A stretch of DNA of 43,890 nucleotides from Pelomyxa schiedti (Eukaryota; Protista; Evosea). The DNA lies in contig JAHLWZ010000931.1 of assembly GCA_020536535.1 (NCBI GenBank), forward strand, positions 1 through 43,890, written 5' to 3'. The stretch's first letter is position 1, and each line of letters starts with the position of its first letter. Under the pieces are notes generated by a model. It saw nothing but the letters and a program-made list of their open reading frames with translations. It had not been told where the DNA came from and did not search any database. A program made the position numbers and the translations under genes. Shown in pieces: positions 17,601-30,416 of this stretch.

Positions 17601-20600
17601 TCGTTGAGACTCCTGGTGAAGGTTGTCTTTGTAAATAGTTCATTGTAGTCCGGGGCTGGAGTGAGGAGAGGATTAGAGCCAGTACTATCTTCACTGAAAA
17701 CGAGATACTTCTTCTCCAAGAAAGTATTTATAACCCTGTTGAAAGTTAAACAAGTACAAAACTGATCAAAGGTTGTACTTGTGCAGATCGAAAGAAAACA
17801 CAAGATTACAGAACTGATCCAAGGCGACTTGCATTGATGTAACTTTGAAAGAGAGATTGGCTGGAAGTTCTCCAACATCATCTTCCTCCTCCCCTGGACC
17901 CCGTGCACCTTTTGAAGGCCTGCCTCCCATTCCCCCCTTGCCTCCTGCTGGTCGAGGTTGTACATGAATTGCTGAAAGGCTGTCAACCACAGTCATCAAT
18001 CTCGTTGACAAAGCGGAAGCTGCTGTGATGTCAAACTTACTCAGAAACTCTGGCAATTTTGCTAGCTCAATTCCCTCTATGGCATGAATTCGCGCTTGCC
18101 GCAGCATTTGACTGCAAAGTTTGCTGAAATTTGTGGTTTGCAGTACTATTTCAGTGCCACTCAACTGGGACACAGCCGCCATACACTCAGATATCCAAGA
18201 ATGAACGAATGGGTGGCTGTCGTACCGTTCATATATAAATTGCAAGTGCTTTCCTGTGAGTAGATCTGTATTAAGGAGGAAACTCAGGTGCTGGGGCGCC
18301 TCTGCAACGAAGTATGACACAATTTCAGAACATAACTTCTCATTCGCAGCAAGAAGTTGAGCCAATTCATTTCTTCCTTCGACATCCAGTAGACCTTGTG
18401 TGTCCAGGTGTGCAAGTGCAAGAGCCCAAGTCAACTCCGCAGGGACATCAGCCCTGCTTGCCAGTTTTAGTAGGGCTTCTCTTTTTGCATTGGACCCAGA
18501 ACGAGTGCCATCTAAAAATCTCGCCCAAAAGAAACTGTCTCCAGCACGAGCCCAGACGTCCAATTTGAGAAGAGCAGGCTCTGGAAGGAAGACAAGAACA
18601 TCATCAAGAAATCCTTCTTCCATTTCCTCTGCCTGGCATATGTCAAGTAACTGCTCTATCGCCTTGGCAAGAAGACCTTGGTCAGATTGGTGGCTGTGAG
18701 GGATTAGTAAAGACAAAATAATGTCAGAAATATGTAAGCTTACAATAGAGCTTGTATTGCACTTTTGATAATAGTGGCGTTTGATGTGAGTACATCGTGT
18801 CTTCCCCGGTTTGCTTGCAGTATAGAACTTTTTTCTATGAGTAAAGCATAATTGGAGAACGAAGTCTTACTGAGTGCAGGATAGGAGTGATGATGGAGAG
18901 CTGTGTACGGTGGTAGTCCTTAGAAGTTTACAAACGCTTATCAGCGTATCAGCATCAGAACCTGTGAAACTCCTCCTCATTATGCCTGGCTTTATGCCCT
19001 CAAGAACAAGTCTTGCCACATCAGCACCTCCATGGACTAAGATGCTGGACAAATTATCTAAACTTAAACTGCGGAACTTCCGAAGCAGTCTGTGAAAACT
19101 CTTAATTTTCAGGGGGAAATGGAACGTACTCACGTTTTAAGTACATCAGGAAGAAGATTCGGATGTGTGTGTTCGAAAATTAGTGGCAGGATTTCTGTTG
19201 ACGGAGCTTCAAGGCTTTCCACAATGGCCAATGTCAGTTGTGGTTCCCTTGCTTTCAACCAAGAGAGTTTAATTGACTCCGATACTCTTGGAAGAAGATT
19301 TTGCATGCAATGCATTTGGTAATCATACAAATACTCGCCAAGCTGGTCTTTTTTGAATTTGGTGTACACAAGACGAAGGCAGGGTTCCCAGCGGGTAGGA
19401 TCACGCCATTCACTGAAAGTCGTAAGCTGCACCAGCACATCCATGGTCAACTCAATATAGGGGTTGAGAGACAAGTTGACATAAGTATCAAGATCACTTT
19501 TTTTCTCACGTTACTATTTTGGAGAAGTTCTTTAAGGGGACATACTTTGAACAGAGAAGTTGGAGTACTTCATCAGAAGTAAGGTCGCGTCTTGTTGCCA
19601 AGTTCCTCTGAATTTTGTAAAAGGATGCATCGGTGTAGCCGAACAACTGTTTTCTAATGGCAGGACATAGCACACTAGACTCAGGATTTTCTGGAACAGG
19701 GTCCGAGGCATGGTTCAGGGCTAACCCAGCCAACAAAGTAATAGCACGACGATCATTGGGTTTGCGGGCGAGAAGTTTCCTCGCTTCTTCAACGTATTTT
19801 AGTTGGACTTCCCACTTGGATTCCGAGGTCAAGGCCATTGCCACAACATCGCAGTCTGCATGTCGAAGTAACCGTTCTCGAACAGTGATGGGTAATTGCT
19901 TGCACTGCCCAAGGTACTCTATCAAAAGAGGATTTGCCAAGTAGTAACGATAAAAGCGGGCTGCTAAGGTGTTGAACCGCAATTGCAGGAGAGCGTCAAC
20001 ATTTACTTCGTTCTCTTCATCATCCGGTTGGAGAATCATCGATTCCTGGTAGAACAGTTAAGTTTGAGGAAGATATTACACAGAGTTACCTGTTCATCTT
20101 CAGTGAAATTCATGCCCCGTATCAGATCAGTTGATACCGCCAGGGAAATGTTATTGCGATCTGGATAGAACTTTGAATAGGACAGCAGAGACATTACAGT
20201 ATCTTTCAGCAACGTCTTACGCTGTGCCAACCCTAACATAACGTCCTTGTTTGAAAAACAGTGTTGGAGAAGTAACGCTTCAGACACGTGAGGATTAGCA
20301 CCAATAGCGTGGCAAAACTTAGTAGAGAACTTGACATTTGATGTGACAGCAATCTGAGTTATACCCTGGGACGACCACAGAGGCATAGAGGCGATGTCAG
20401 CGAGTGCTGAATGCATCATTCCAACATCTTGTCTCGTCAGAGTTACACTCGGTTTTGCACTTGTTGGGGCTCGCTTTCTTAGTATTCGTCCCAAACCGAA
20501 GAGGTCATTGTCATCACTTCCACTGCCATTACTATCTTCAGAACTTTCATTATCCTCTTCCTCCTCGTCTTCAACTTCGTACTGGTCAGAATCGTCTCCA

Positions 20601-21725
20601 CCGTTGGTATCCAGCAGAGTTCCGCATCTCGTAACTAAAGCAAGTGTTGGACCAGATAAATCTTCGTCAGGGTTATTTGCCGCCCGTGCAGTGATGTATG
20701 CTTTCAGGGTCTGAATTGCATCTCCACTGGAGCAATGCGGTATTACCACGTCACTTACAAGAGGAAGAGTGAAACAAGGAGATTGCAACAAGGCAGGAAG
20801 TAAAGCAGAAAACACTCGCTTCCGCCCTTCCTGAGAACTGGAAGAGCCAAATGTAGTGCAAAAAGCTCGAGCATGTGAGCGGAACCGTTCCCTCCACTCT
20901 GTGGCACCCCATGGAACCCTCCAGTCAATACTGAACAATAATCCCCACATTTCCATCTGGTCAGCTAGGGCAACATGTTCATTTGCGGGAGCTTTCGCCG
21001 GCGCGGGGCGTGGGGCAGGCGTAGTGCCTCGACCTCTGCCCCTCCCCAGTCCTGTGCCAGTAGTCGAGGTAGTTTCGGTGTCTCCCAGGAACTTCAACAG
21101 AGGAGCTGCATCCGGCGATCTGTACTGTTCTGGTCTACGAAGTAAAATGAACTTGACCAGCTCGGGACTATCCGGCATCACACTAAGCAAGTCCATTCTC
21201 CTGGTTGCTTCCAGGACTCTCAACACTTCCACGGTGTGAATAGGTTTTAGAGCAGGAGAGGCGGGGGTGGTAGTAGGTGAGGTTGATGATAGTAGCAACT
21301 GCGATGTAGTAATTTTAGCAAGTGCCGCGCACAATTCCTGAGCAAGATTAAAGCCTCCATGGTAGATCATATATCTGGGTAAAACTTAGAAAAAAAAAGT
21401 TTTGCAACAACAAAATCACGCACTCTATTTAAAAAATGAAATTAAGATATGCTTCAAATCACCTGAACTCGTTCGCAGAGAGCTCGGATATAGTCTTGTC
21501 AATCACAGCAGATCTCAACATTCCCCTAGCCACGTCGCGAAGCCGGAAGCACAAGTGACCAGCGTACGGGTCCAATTGCGTCAAAACCCTTGGATCAGCC
21601 GGTGCAGTCGGAGTTGACCCCGGTGTCGGATTTTGAGGTACCACAGGCGGGGTATGTGGTTGTACAGGATCTACGTGCATACCTCTAGCTGTTGGATCTT
21701 CCGCTACTCCCTCCTTTCGCAACAT
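14633..21725 (-). CDS. Large multi-exon hypothetical protein (~2000 aa, helical-repeat-like, no recognised domain)
   Basis: Chain of minus-strand ORFs (21459-21731, 20036-21370, 19506-20039, 19130-19474, 17766-18716, 16596-17399, 15869-16273, 15165-15761, 14633-15265). Junctions checked are joinable by short GT-AG introns (e.g. GTAACT...TACCAG near 20046-20089). ATG at 21725. Could be two genes. Confidence 0.6.
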
Positions 21726-21980
21726 CGTCACAAGCGTCTAGGGGTTTACTTTCTTTTTTTTTTTTTTTGTTCTTTCAGAAATTGGATCTGCTCACGAATT
21801 TCTTTGTCAGAAAACCAATTTGGTTTCGATCCTGTCAAACAAAAGTTTTGGATGTTTCAAAGGACGTCGGTTGTCGGTTTGTTTGTTAGAGGGTAGATCT
21901 TGAGACGTATTGATGACGTAGATGCGGGGTTGTTAACGTAACGTGCGTTTTCTTGTAGGCTCGAGTGCGGTGCATGAGAG

Positions 21981-24664
21981 ATGAGGAGAGTTTTTGTTTT
22001 GCTGTTCACTCTCGTGGCGAGTAGCATTTCTACGTCGAGCGATACCCTGGTTCTTGGGGTATTTTTTTTTTGGTTTTTTTCCCCCGACGCTCGTATTCAT
22101 TTTGCACAGGTTGGGCCCTCTTATGTGCAGGAAAGGCCGGGAGTATATAATAAACTTAACGAAGTTGCTGGTGCTACCGTCCTTTATGAAGTGCAAATTG
22201 AGTCTGCAAATGGGTGTGATCCCAATGTTGGATCCCGGAGGCAGCGCTTATCTTGCTCGCGAAAACCTGCTCCAAACATTACCTATCAGGTCTAAACCTT
22301 TTCTTTGAAGACTTTTCCTAACTGCAACAGGCTTTTGATGGCAATCGTAGTAAATGTCCTTATTTGAATTTCCTGGAACAAATTCGGACTGGAACGTTGG
22401 AGGACATGATGGCACAAACTTCAGACTTCCATGAGGGTATCACTTTGAGGTAGTTTAATATTCTCCACGCACAATGTGAAGACAAAATCTTAGGTATATT
22501 AAAGAACGAGTTGGTGCCAGTACCGTGTGGGTGATGCCCTTATTTCCAAATAATGCCCAGTGGAATATTCCAGATCCTTGCGATAATTTGGGTTCTCCGT
22601 ATGCAGTTCGTGACTATTTGCACATCGCCGGTCGGGTTTCTCAGTCTTGCTTCGTGAACAATAAAGACGGTATACACAGTAGCACAACTCCCGACTTTAT
22701 CCCATTTACATGATAGGACACGTTTCTGACAGCTGTTGGGGAAATGATGAATTTGAGCGATTCCTTGAGATAGCCCATAATCTAGGCTTGAGGGTGATTT
22801 TAGACATGGCCTTCAACCACTTCGGTCACCACTATGAGTTTTACGATTACGAGGACTTCATACCTGTTCACAAGCTTGGGAATTTGAATCTACTCTGGGA
22901 CTACGCAACAACATTCGACCGGGGCCTTGTACACCCTCGTTTGCTAGACAAAGAATCTAGTCTTTCAGGTATTTTGAAACTTTCCAAAAGCTCATTTTAA
23001 GCATCCCTTAGAAAATACCTTCTTAACACATATTGCGGCAGAGGTTTCAAGGTTGGTATTATCCATTTTGTTTTGAGTTGTGAATAATGAATAGAATTTG
23101 CCCGGGAATTACTGGAAAGAAACAACTTCAACTTGTCAGCATGAAACGTAATGCACTCGATCACGAATTCGCTTCATGGGATTGCCAACATAGTCCTGAC
23201 TTGTACCTGGAAGCATTTCTTCCTTCTTTCTTTTTGGGTCCCCGAAATTACTCTGAAGAACCTCGACCCGCGCTGAATGCAAGGTCACAGTACACTCGAA
23301 AAGCGTCTCTCTGACATTCCTAAGTGATATCTTTATTGGACAATGGCCAGATGTAAAGTACCTCTATCACCATGAATATCACTGCCAATCATACACGTGT
23401 GTTTCCGCCGGGAAATTTGACTTAACTTTCTAAAGGAAAACTGGACCGTGGGACTTCTATTCAAGTTTTGTAAGAAATCGCGAATATCTTTTCCGTGTAT
23501 TAAATTACTGGGTTTCTCTTGGCGTCGATGGATTCAGGCTCGATCATTCCACGGACTCCGAGTCTGGTTGTTTCCAAGAAATGTGTTATTACACTTATAC
23601 GACAAAGGCTTGGGGCCAAATGAGTGGAAGTATATTATAGGCAAAGTCAATTATTACGATTGGATTCGCAAAGGAAGACCAAGTAATCACATTCCGCCAC
23701 TTTATATGGCTGAGGAGTATTAGTAGGTTTCTTTTCTTATTCTCTTTCTTATTGAGGCATCAGTGATCAACCCGGAATGAACCACGTTGTAGACATAATT
23801 GTTGATGGATTCATTGGAGATGTCCGGTAAATACAATGTTTAAGGTATGCCTTTGTAACGTTATTGTAGATTGGGGAGAGATTGCTCCACTATTTACAAA
23901 GATTCGGGCTGCCTGGAGCTTCAAGTTAACAAAGGCAAGAGATTTGAAGGTCATTCGTTGGTATTACGTGCTTTAGAAACTCACGATGAACCGCGATTGC
24001 TCTCCTACACTGGTATCTTTTCCTATTTTTTTTTTATGAAGCTAACGTAATATACAATAGGGTTCGATGAAATTACTGGTGGTATTTTTTGGAGTGCCAT
24101 TGCTGCTACTCCCGGTACAAGCATGGTTCTTATGGGACAAGAATTTGGTGAACCATGGGGTGTTGGATTTCGCCGTAGTGACTTTCTGCGCTCTCGATTC
24201 CGAGAGACTAGCTCCCCACTTACAGAACTTTACTATCGGTCGTGCCACGCCAGAACTGAACCAGAAAATGCAGCGCTGTGGTCCAATGACTATTACTTGC
24301 TGAGACCGCGTGAATCACCGCAGGAACCCAATCCTCTTGTATATGCAATAGCAAGATGGAATTCAAATGACAATGCTGCTATATTCGCATTTCACTACCT
24401 GTGGGGTGGGAATCACACCGTCTCAGTTTCTTACTTCATACCACCGGACCTGGCTTCGCAAATTCAAATGAAAGGTAATAATAACCTCTTTGCAGTCAAC
24501 TCATTCCTCCAACAGAACAAAACTACTACCAGCTGGTTAATATTCTAAGAAATGACACTTCTCCAAGCCCTTGTATGAAAGGAGCTGACATTATGTGGGA
24601 CTTTCCCGTTACCCTCTCCAACTCCACCAGAGTCCTGTGGTTAAAACTTGTAGAATGCCGATAA
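21981..24664 (+). CDS. Secreted GH13 alpha-amylase family glycoside hydrolase, multi-exon
   Basis: Signal-peptide-like N-terminus; VWVMPLF, GSPYAVRDY, AHNLGLRVILDMAFNH, GVDGFRLDH (23521-), YMAEEY and ETHDEPR give the full catalytic D/E/D triad. Stop TAA at 24662-24664. Confidence 0.88.
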
Positions 24665-24724
24665 AAATTTGCATGAAATGGAACCAAATCTTTGTTTTGA
24701 AAAGAAAATAACATGTTACTCTTC

Positions 24725-26097
24725 CTACACCCAACTGATACCAACCATGGCCTCCAGTTTGCTCCACAGCAACTCTAAAGCTAGATAAGGAAATATTTTG
24801 GAAAAAGAGTTCTATACTTTGTGTGGGGAGGTCGTACGAAACGCGAGCTGAGGTTGTTTGACAATGACCAACAAAGTATTTACCAGTAACGTGGACTGAT
24901 GGATCTGTGGCAAGCAAATACTATCAAATGCGCCATTGAAGTTAGTCATTGGGAGTAACCAAAATACATTAACAAAGCAACATACCTCGTCGTCCGCTCT
25001 ATCTATTTCTATCCCGCAGCTTCCCCATCCTAAGAGGGAGGAAGGAGGAATAGAAAAAAAACAGGAATGCAAACCAGCACGGAGCATTTTCGTGTTTACT
25101 GTTCCTGGATCCAAACAATTCACCTGGTGCAGGATGTCAATATGAGTAACAAGGCCAATTTAGGGTTATACTTGGTAATGCACTTTAGTGCTCATCTTGG
25201 AGAAGTGAGAGAAACGTAGTATGCAGAGGATTACACACAAAGTAGGTTAAAAGTACATTACATAGCTTGCTAAGACCATAGGATTCATAAGAGCTGTAAT
25301 CATGATCGAACTTTTTTTGGGAATAAGCCAAGGTGAGAGAGTATAACTCGGTATTAAAATACTTGAAGATTGTCAAAATCAATACTGCTTGATTGTGAAA
25401 TGCTACTGACATTAATTACTCGTTGCTCTGAGCCTTGCCACTACAATTAACTCAGAAACATATTCTAGAGTCAGGATACCGCGTGAAAGTGGGGCAAGAA
25501 GTAGATACGTAAGTAGGAAAGGGGCAAGAACATTCACCTGTAATACAACAGTGAGAGTTTTCTCAAAAACAGAACAGGTGTGATAAAATAGAGATGGAGG
25601 ACAAACAGCAAAAGTCATCTCATAACCATCACTGGAAACTTTTCTATTCAACTCAAACACTCCAGCATTGTTGATCAACACGTCTATATGGTCATACCTT
25701 GTGGTACACCATTACAACAGAGCAAATTGACAAACGGATAGAAAAATAGCTCCCCACCGTTGGATAAGTGTCTGTGCCATTTCCCTCACATCAGCAAGCC
25801 TCGAGAAATCAGCCACAACCGAGTCGATTGCAACACCCACAATCCCGCTCCTGGCCACCTCGCGCCTCAGCATGGCCACAGTCTCGGCGACGCGCCTCGC
25901 CGACCTTCCATGCACGACGACCGTGGCTGGTGTGTGGGATAATCGATTACGGGACGATACAACCCTACCGGGTGGTGGCACGAGAACACACTGTTTGGAG
26001 CGTTGAGCGACAGCCTCAAGGCCGTGTGCCTCCCAATGCCATCCGTGCTCCCTGTCACTACGAAAACTCTCTGCTTGTTGGCAGCACTGCCACTCAT
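24725..26097 (-). CDS. Short-chain dehydrogenase/reductase (retinol dehydrogenase-like), multi-exon
   Basis: VVTGSTDGIG, LINNAGV, VNVLAPFLLT, YGLSK (YxxxK), NCLDPGTVNTKM, TGKYF; last exon ends LLWSKLEAMVGISWV*. Confidence 0.88.
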
Positions 26098-26174
26098 AGA
26101 TTGATATCACAGGAAGGTTTTTTTTGTTTTGGGTTTAGATACAGGTGAGTAAATTGGTGGGTGGCTTTGGGGCA

Positions 26175-27380
26175 CTAGCTCTTGTAGATTTTAAGGACAG
26201 AGGAGATGGGGCCACGGCATGTGGGGCAAGTCTTCATGATGGAGGCACACTCGAAGCAGCAAACAAGGTGGGCACATGGTACAAATACAGCGTTGCGCTC
26301 GTGCTCCATGCAAACGGCACATTCATCACTTTGTGAAACCGGAGACGTTGGGTTGGGTGGCACCTGTGTCGGGGTTGTTGGTGTTGGTGTTGGTGGTGGG
26401 GTTGTGGGTGTAGGTGTGGGTGTGGGTGTCACAGCAGGGGGCAGAGTAGGAAATGCTGGCGAGAAAATGGGAGTGGGAGGTAGAGTGGGATATGTTGGCG
26501 TCGGCGAGGGGGGATACAGCGGGGTCGGGGTAGGAGTCTTCGCCACCGGGTCGAAAGGGGAGCTGGAGCCTGTCTCCGGGTCCCAGTACTGCAGGAGGTA
26601 CGCCCTCATGTCCAAGTCGCACAAGTCAAAGTCGCACTCGTCGCACCTCCACCTTTCCATGCCCCCGGTCTGGCGGAAGGCCGTGATCCCCCTGGCGCAC
26701 CCGCGGGGCAGCGCCCTCGCGTCGCAGGCCCAGCCGTTGTCGTTGACCACGTTGAGCAGCGCGTGGTCGTGCACGCTCACGGCGGCCAGCCTGTGGGGCA
26801 TGTCCCGGAGCCTCAGGGCGTCGGCGCACATGTCGCACAGGTCGAAGTCGCACCTCCTGCACCTCCAGCGCGGCAGCCCGCTGGTGTTGCCGCCGGGGCC
26901 GCGGGACCGCGCGCGCTTGCAGCCGCCCGGCAGCTTGCGGCCGTCGCAGCCCCAGCCGTTGTTCCTCGAGGTCCCGAGATATACCAGGGGGTGCGGGTGG
27001 TGCTGGACGCAGACCACGGTCCCGAGGGTTTTGGCCAGCGGCAGGATTATGGGAGGAGGAGGCGCCGCCGCCGGGTCCGCGGCCAACGCCGACGCCGACG
27101 CCAGAGCGGGGCCTGGGGGCACCACCATCATGGCGGCGACGTCGCGGTCGCACAGGTCGTAGTCGCAGGGAACGCAGCGCCAGCGAGGCATGCCTTTGGT
27201 CTGGTTGAAGTCCTTCACGCCGCTGCGGCAGCCGCCGGGGAGGCCGCGGGCGTCGCAGGCCCAGCCGTTGTCGTCGTAGTTGCGGACGAGCGGGTGCGGG
27301 TGGGTCCTCACGGTCACTACGCTTGGGAGCCCCACTGGGTGTGCGGATGAACCAAACAACGAGGAGAAAAAGGTCGCCAT
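26175..27380 (-). CDS. RING-finger (C3HC4, IAP/MGRN-like) E3 ligase with three tandem Cys/His-rich ZZ/C1-like domains
   Basis: C-terminal CAVCMEHERNAVFVPCAHLVCCFECA...CPTCR; three repeats of HxHxL...NGWxCDxRxLPxGC...RWRCxxCDxDLCD; single GC-rich exon. Confidence 0.88.
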   Translation of the reverse strand: MATFFSSLFGSSAHPVGLPSVVTVRTHPHPLVRNYDDNGWACDARGLPGGCRSGVKDFNQTKGMPRWRCVPCDYDLCDRDVAAMMVVPPGPALASASALAADPAAAPPPPIILPLAKTLGTVVCVQHHPHPLVYLGTSRNNGWGCDGRKLPGGCKRARSRGPGGNTSGLPRWRCRRCDFDLCDMCADALRLRDMPHRLAAVSVHDHALLNVVNDNGWACDARALPRGCARGITAFRQTGGMERWRCDECDFDLCDLDMRAYLLQYWDPETGSSSPFDPVAKTPTPTPLYPPSPTPTYPTLPPTPIFSPAFPTLPPAVTPTPTPTPTTPPPTPTPTTPTQVPPNPTSPVSQSDECAVCMEHERNAVFVPCAHLVCCFECASIMKTCPTCRGPISSVLKIYKS

Positions 27381-27655
27381 TGTATTGGCAACACACTCAA
27401 ATTTTGATTATGCTTTGAGAAAGAATAGGGGGACATGTTGTTAGCAGGGTTTCAAAGAAACCCCAGGTTATTATTACCCTTCGTCTCAGGTCCAGCTGAC
27501 CACACCTGATTCACTTCCTCAGCACTCTTCCTGGAGACACCCGTCCCCTTCTCCACAGTGATTGTGGAGCGAATGGGAACCAACGCAATAGATCAGCATC
27601 GTTTCCGATTCTTGAAGTTCAATTTATCGAAGTTAAAGGAAAGGTAGGCCAATTA

Positions 27656-30317
27656 ATGTTGGCGGCAGTTCTGTTGGTTTTGTGCTGTTGTTTTGGACTT
27701 GGCGTCCTGTCCCTGTGGTGGTTGCTCGTTCGTCACCCCGCTGTGCTATTCTCCGCTGCGTGCCGTGCAGCGGGTCTGGGCCGTCTCCACACTTATGGGA
27801 CAAGAGGCTCGCCCCCAGTCAAAAAAGCCTCGTTGTTTTCGCGTTCCTATGCTTCGGTGTTGCACGTCAGGTATTGCTCCCCCAGCGGCGCAGTTGCAGT
27901 CGCGTGTGACGTCAACCCCGAGTGTTGCCCCTGCGTGAATCTGTTTCGGCGAACCATCGCTCTCAAGCTCAAGACTCTGGACATCAGCGTCGATCTAGTG
28001 AGGCTCCTTTCTTCGTCTCCTCAGTCTGCTTCCCCTCAGGGGTCACCCGACCGCGTCCCACAAGTATCCTCCTCCTCGTCTTCCCCTCCTCCACATCTCC
28101 CCCCTTCGTCCACGAAGCGGCACTCAAAGCCCTCCTCGACAACGACCGCGACCACGAATACTACAACCACGAAACACGGCCGTCGTCGCTGCGGCCGAAT
28201 GTTTTCGCGCCTCTTGGCAGCCTTCTGGCGAACCGTCATTCGGAGAATCGCGCGCTGCCTCGAAGTCCATGTTGACAGGGGCCAGGCTTGTGCCGACTTG
28301 GTGTGGCAGACTGACGACGGCCAAAAGCGAAACTTGGTTGGCATACTAATGCCTGGGACGCTGTCCTTTGGAAACTCACTGCTATCACTCTCGCAAGATT
28401 CTGTTTCAGGAGTGTCACCTTGTATAAATTCGGCGAGTTCAAGCTTTTTTGATTGCACAATGGACTCATTTAAACTTGATTTACTCTCCTCGTGCCCTTC
28501 GTTGGTTGTGGGTGGCAGTCTTGTAATACGCTTTGGTGACATCAAGTGCACACTGTCGCCCACAGAGTTGGACAGTTCAGGTGGGCACACGCACCCATTA
28601 TTTGAGTGTAAACTAGGACACTGTATTGATGCCCTGTTTGTAAAATGGTGCCCAAAGCTGCTTATTGTGGGAGGAAAGGGAGACCAAATTGTTAGGTCGA
28701 TTTTGGAAACATACCCTGATTCAACGCGGACCTTGGGTCGACGACCCATTCTTCAATTATTGCACGGGAAGACGTGCTCTGTTGAGTTAATGAAACATAC
28801 TGGTTGGCACAATATTTTATCTGCCGATTCTCCTTCGATTGATGTCTTCTCTGAGCATAACGAAATATCGTTATCCATCACTAGTAGTGGCTGTGTGACA
28901 CCCTTAAATCTTTCTTCTGCACTGGCCATTTCCGAGTTGTGGACTACCTTCTTTTTGTATCTGACCCCCTCATCAGTTCATACCACTACACCTGACGGTG
29001 ATCAAATGCCCCCAAAGTCTCCACCCTCTGGAAAATCTCGGAAATGCCATATTCGTTTTATGACTCTAAATTGGCGATTAGAGGGAAACTCTATCTGCAC
29101 TGCGCAGTTCAAGCCTCTTGACTTAACTGTCAATTCTACCGAGGTTGAAATTTCTCACGGTTTTGTTGAGCTCTGCTCCCCAGGTCATTCAAACGGGTTG
29201 ATATGTTACCTCACGAGTAATACAACGAGATTTTTGCCCACAGATAATTCATTTGACATCTTACAAGGTTTAGTTTTTGTGAAAAATTACTAAAGTGTGC
29301 CTTTCCCTTGTGCTGATTTCTTGAAGATTTATTAAAACCACTGAAGGAAATTCACCAAGCCATGTCTTGGCCGTGTAGAAAACTTGTTGGCCAAAAGGTT
29401 GTTGTTACCCGCTGTTCCGCTATGTTTACAGTATAATTTCCAGGTTGGGATGTATGCACACTCTGTAGTGGAATGGTTGTTGCTGCCAGAGGTAGGTCCT
29501 GTGGTACCTGCAACCGCACTAGGAAAGATTGTTGGGATTAATTCCATTTTGCCTCGACTTTTTGCGTGCCTGGGCAATGCTCTCTGGTAAGGGCTAATGT
29601 TACCAAGCTTCCTCTTTTAATTCGCAATTCAGCACATTGATTGTCAACAATAGTAGCAGTTTTGATTTACCAAACAGCAAGCTATTTTCGATTTTGCTTC
29701 AAAAAGCTACCGTTGTTGATGGACAACCTCTTCTCACTCCCTTGACAGTACCGGCATTCCGCCCGAAACAAATTCTGGGCTACAGAAGGCCAAATGATCT
29801 TCTCCCCGCGGACAAAGCCTCTGTAAGTTCGATGGTTGCACTTCTTGGTGATATGTTGTGCGCCTGTGTGATTACACTTAAAACCGTGATTCAAAAATTG
29901 CAAGCAAGACCTCAACCAGAAACACCCCCAATTGACACCGATCTGGAAGACTTGGAGTTAGTCAACAAGTTCTACTGCATTCTCGATTCCGTTCTCAGCT
30001 CCAACCTCACCAACCAGGTACCTAGAACCAAACCCCAAAAAAACTTCAATTGACTCTCACTGAAGGAAGTCAGACGGCTAACAAAGAGACTTAAGCAGGA
30101 ATGGTTCAAGAAACTATTCTCACCATTCCACCTCCCGAAGGCAACAGCATCACCCACCAACAATGCAGCCAAGAGACTTGTGGATTGTATGATGTACTCT
30201 ATCCTTCGTTGTGCTGGTTCCCCTACGGAATTTTTGGATCAATTCCATATGGCTGCCTCTTTTGTCAATTCAGAACTTTGGGACAAAGAGACCCGCAAAC
30301 CGAGGCAAATACCCTAG
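27656..30317 (+). CDS. Hypothetical protein with N-terminal membrane anchor, multi-exon
   Basis: 545-aa first ORF with hydrophobic N-terminus, continued through exons at ~29336-29590, 29637-30017 and 30066-30317 (EVRRLTKRLKQEWFKKL...RQIP*). Confidence 0.6.
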
Positions 30318-30416
30318 AATACTAAAACAAATGTGAAACAGTCATTGCACTCAAACAAGCAACAGGAAAAAAGCCATAAGGAAAGGGATGTGGAAACTGG
30401 GATTTTTCTTCTCAGT

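Noticed and set aside
20036-20039. ATGA stop/start overlaps suggesting an operon or programmed frameshifts in the 14.6-21.7 kb ORF chain
   Set aside because: Explained by short canonical GT-AG introns.
25160-25168. TTAGGGTTA (TAACCCTAA on minus) as a telomerase template
   Set aside because: It lies at the 5' end of a short intron of the SDR gene, with no promoter element or terminator; likely chance.
27656-30317. Bridge-like lipid transfer protein (Fmp27/Hobbit) assignment
   Set aside because: Only the N-terminal anchor is suggestive; the protein is too short and no diagnostic motif was recognised.
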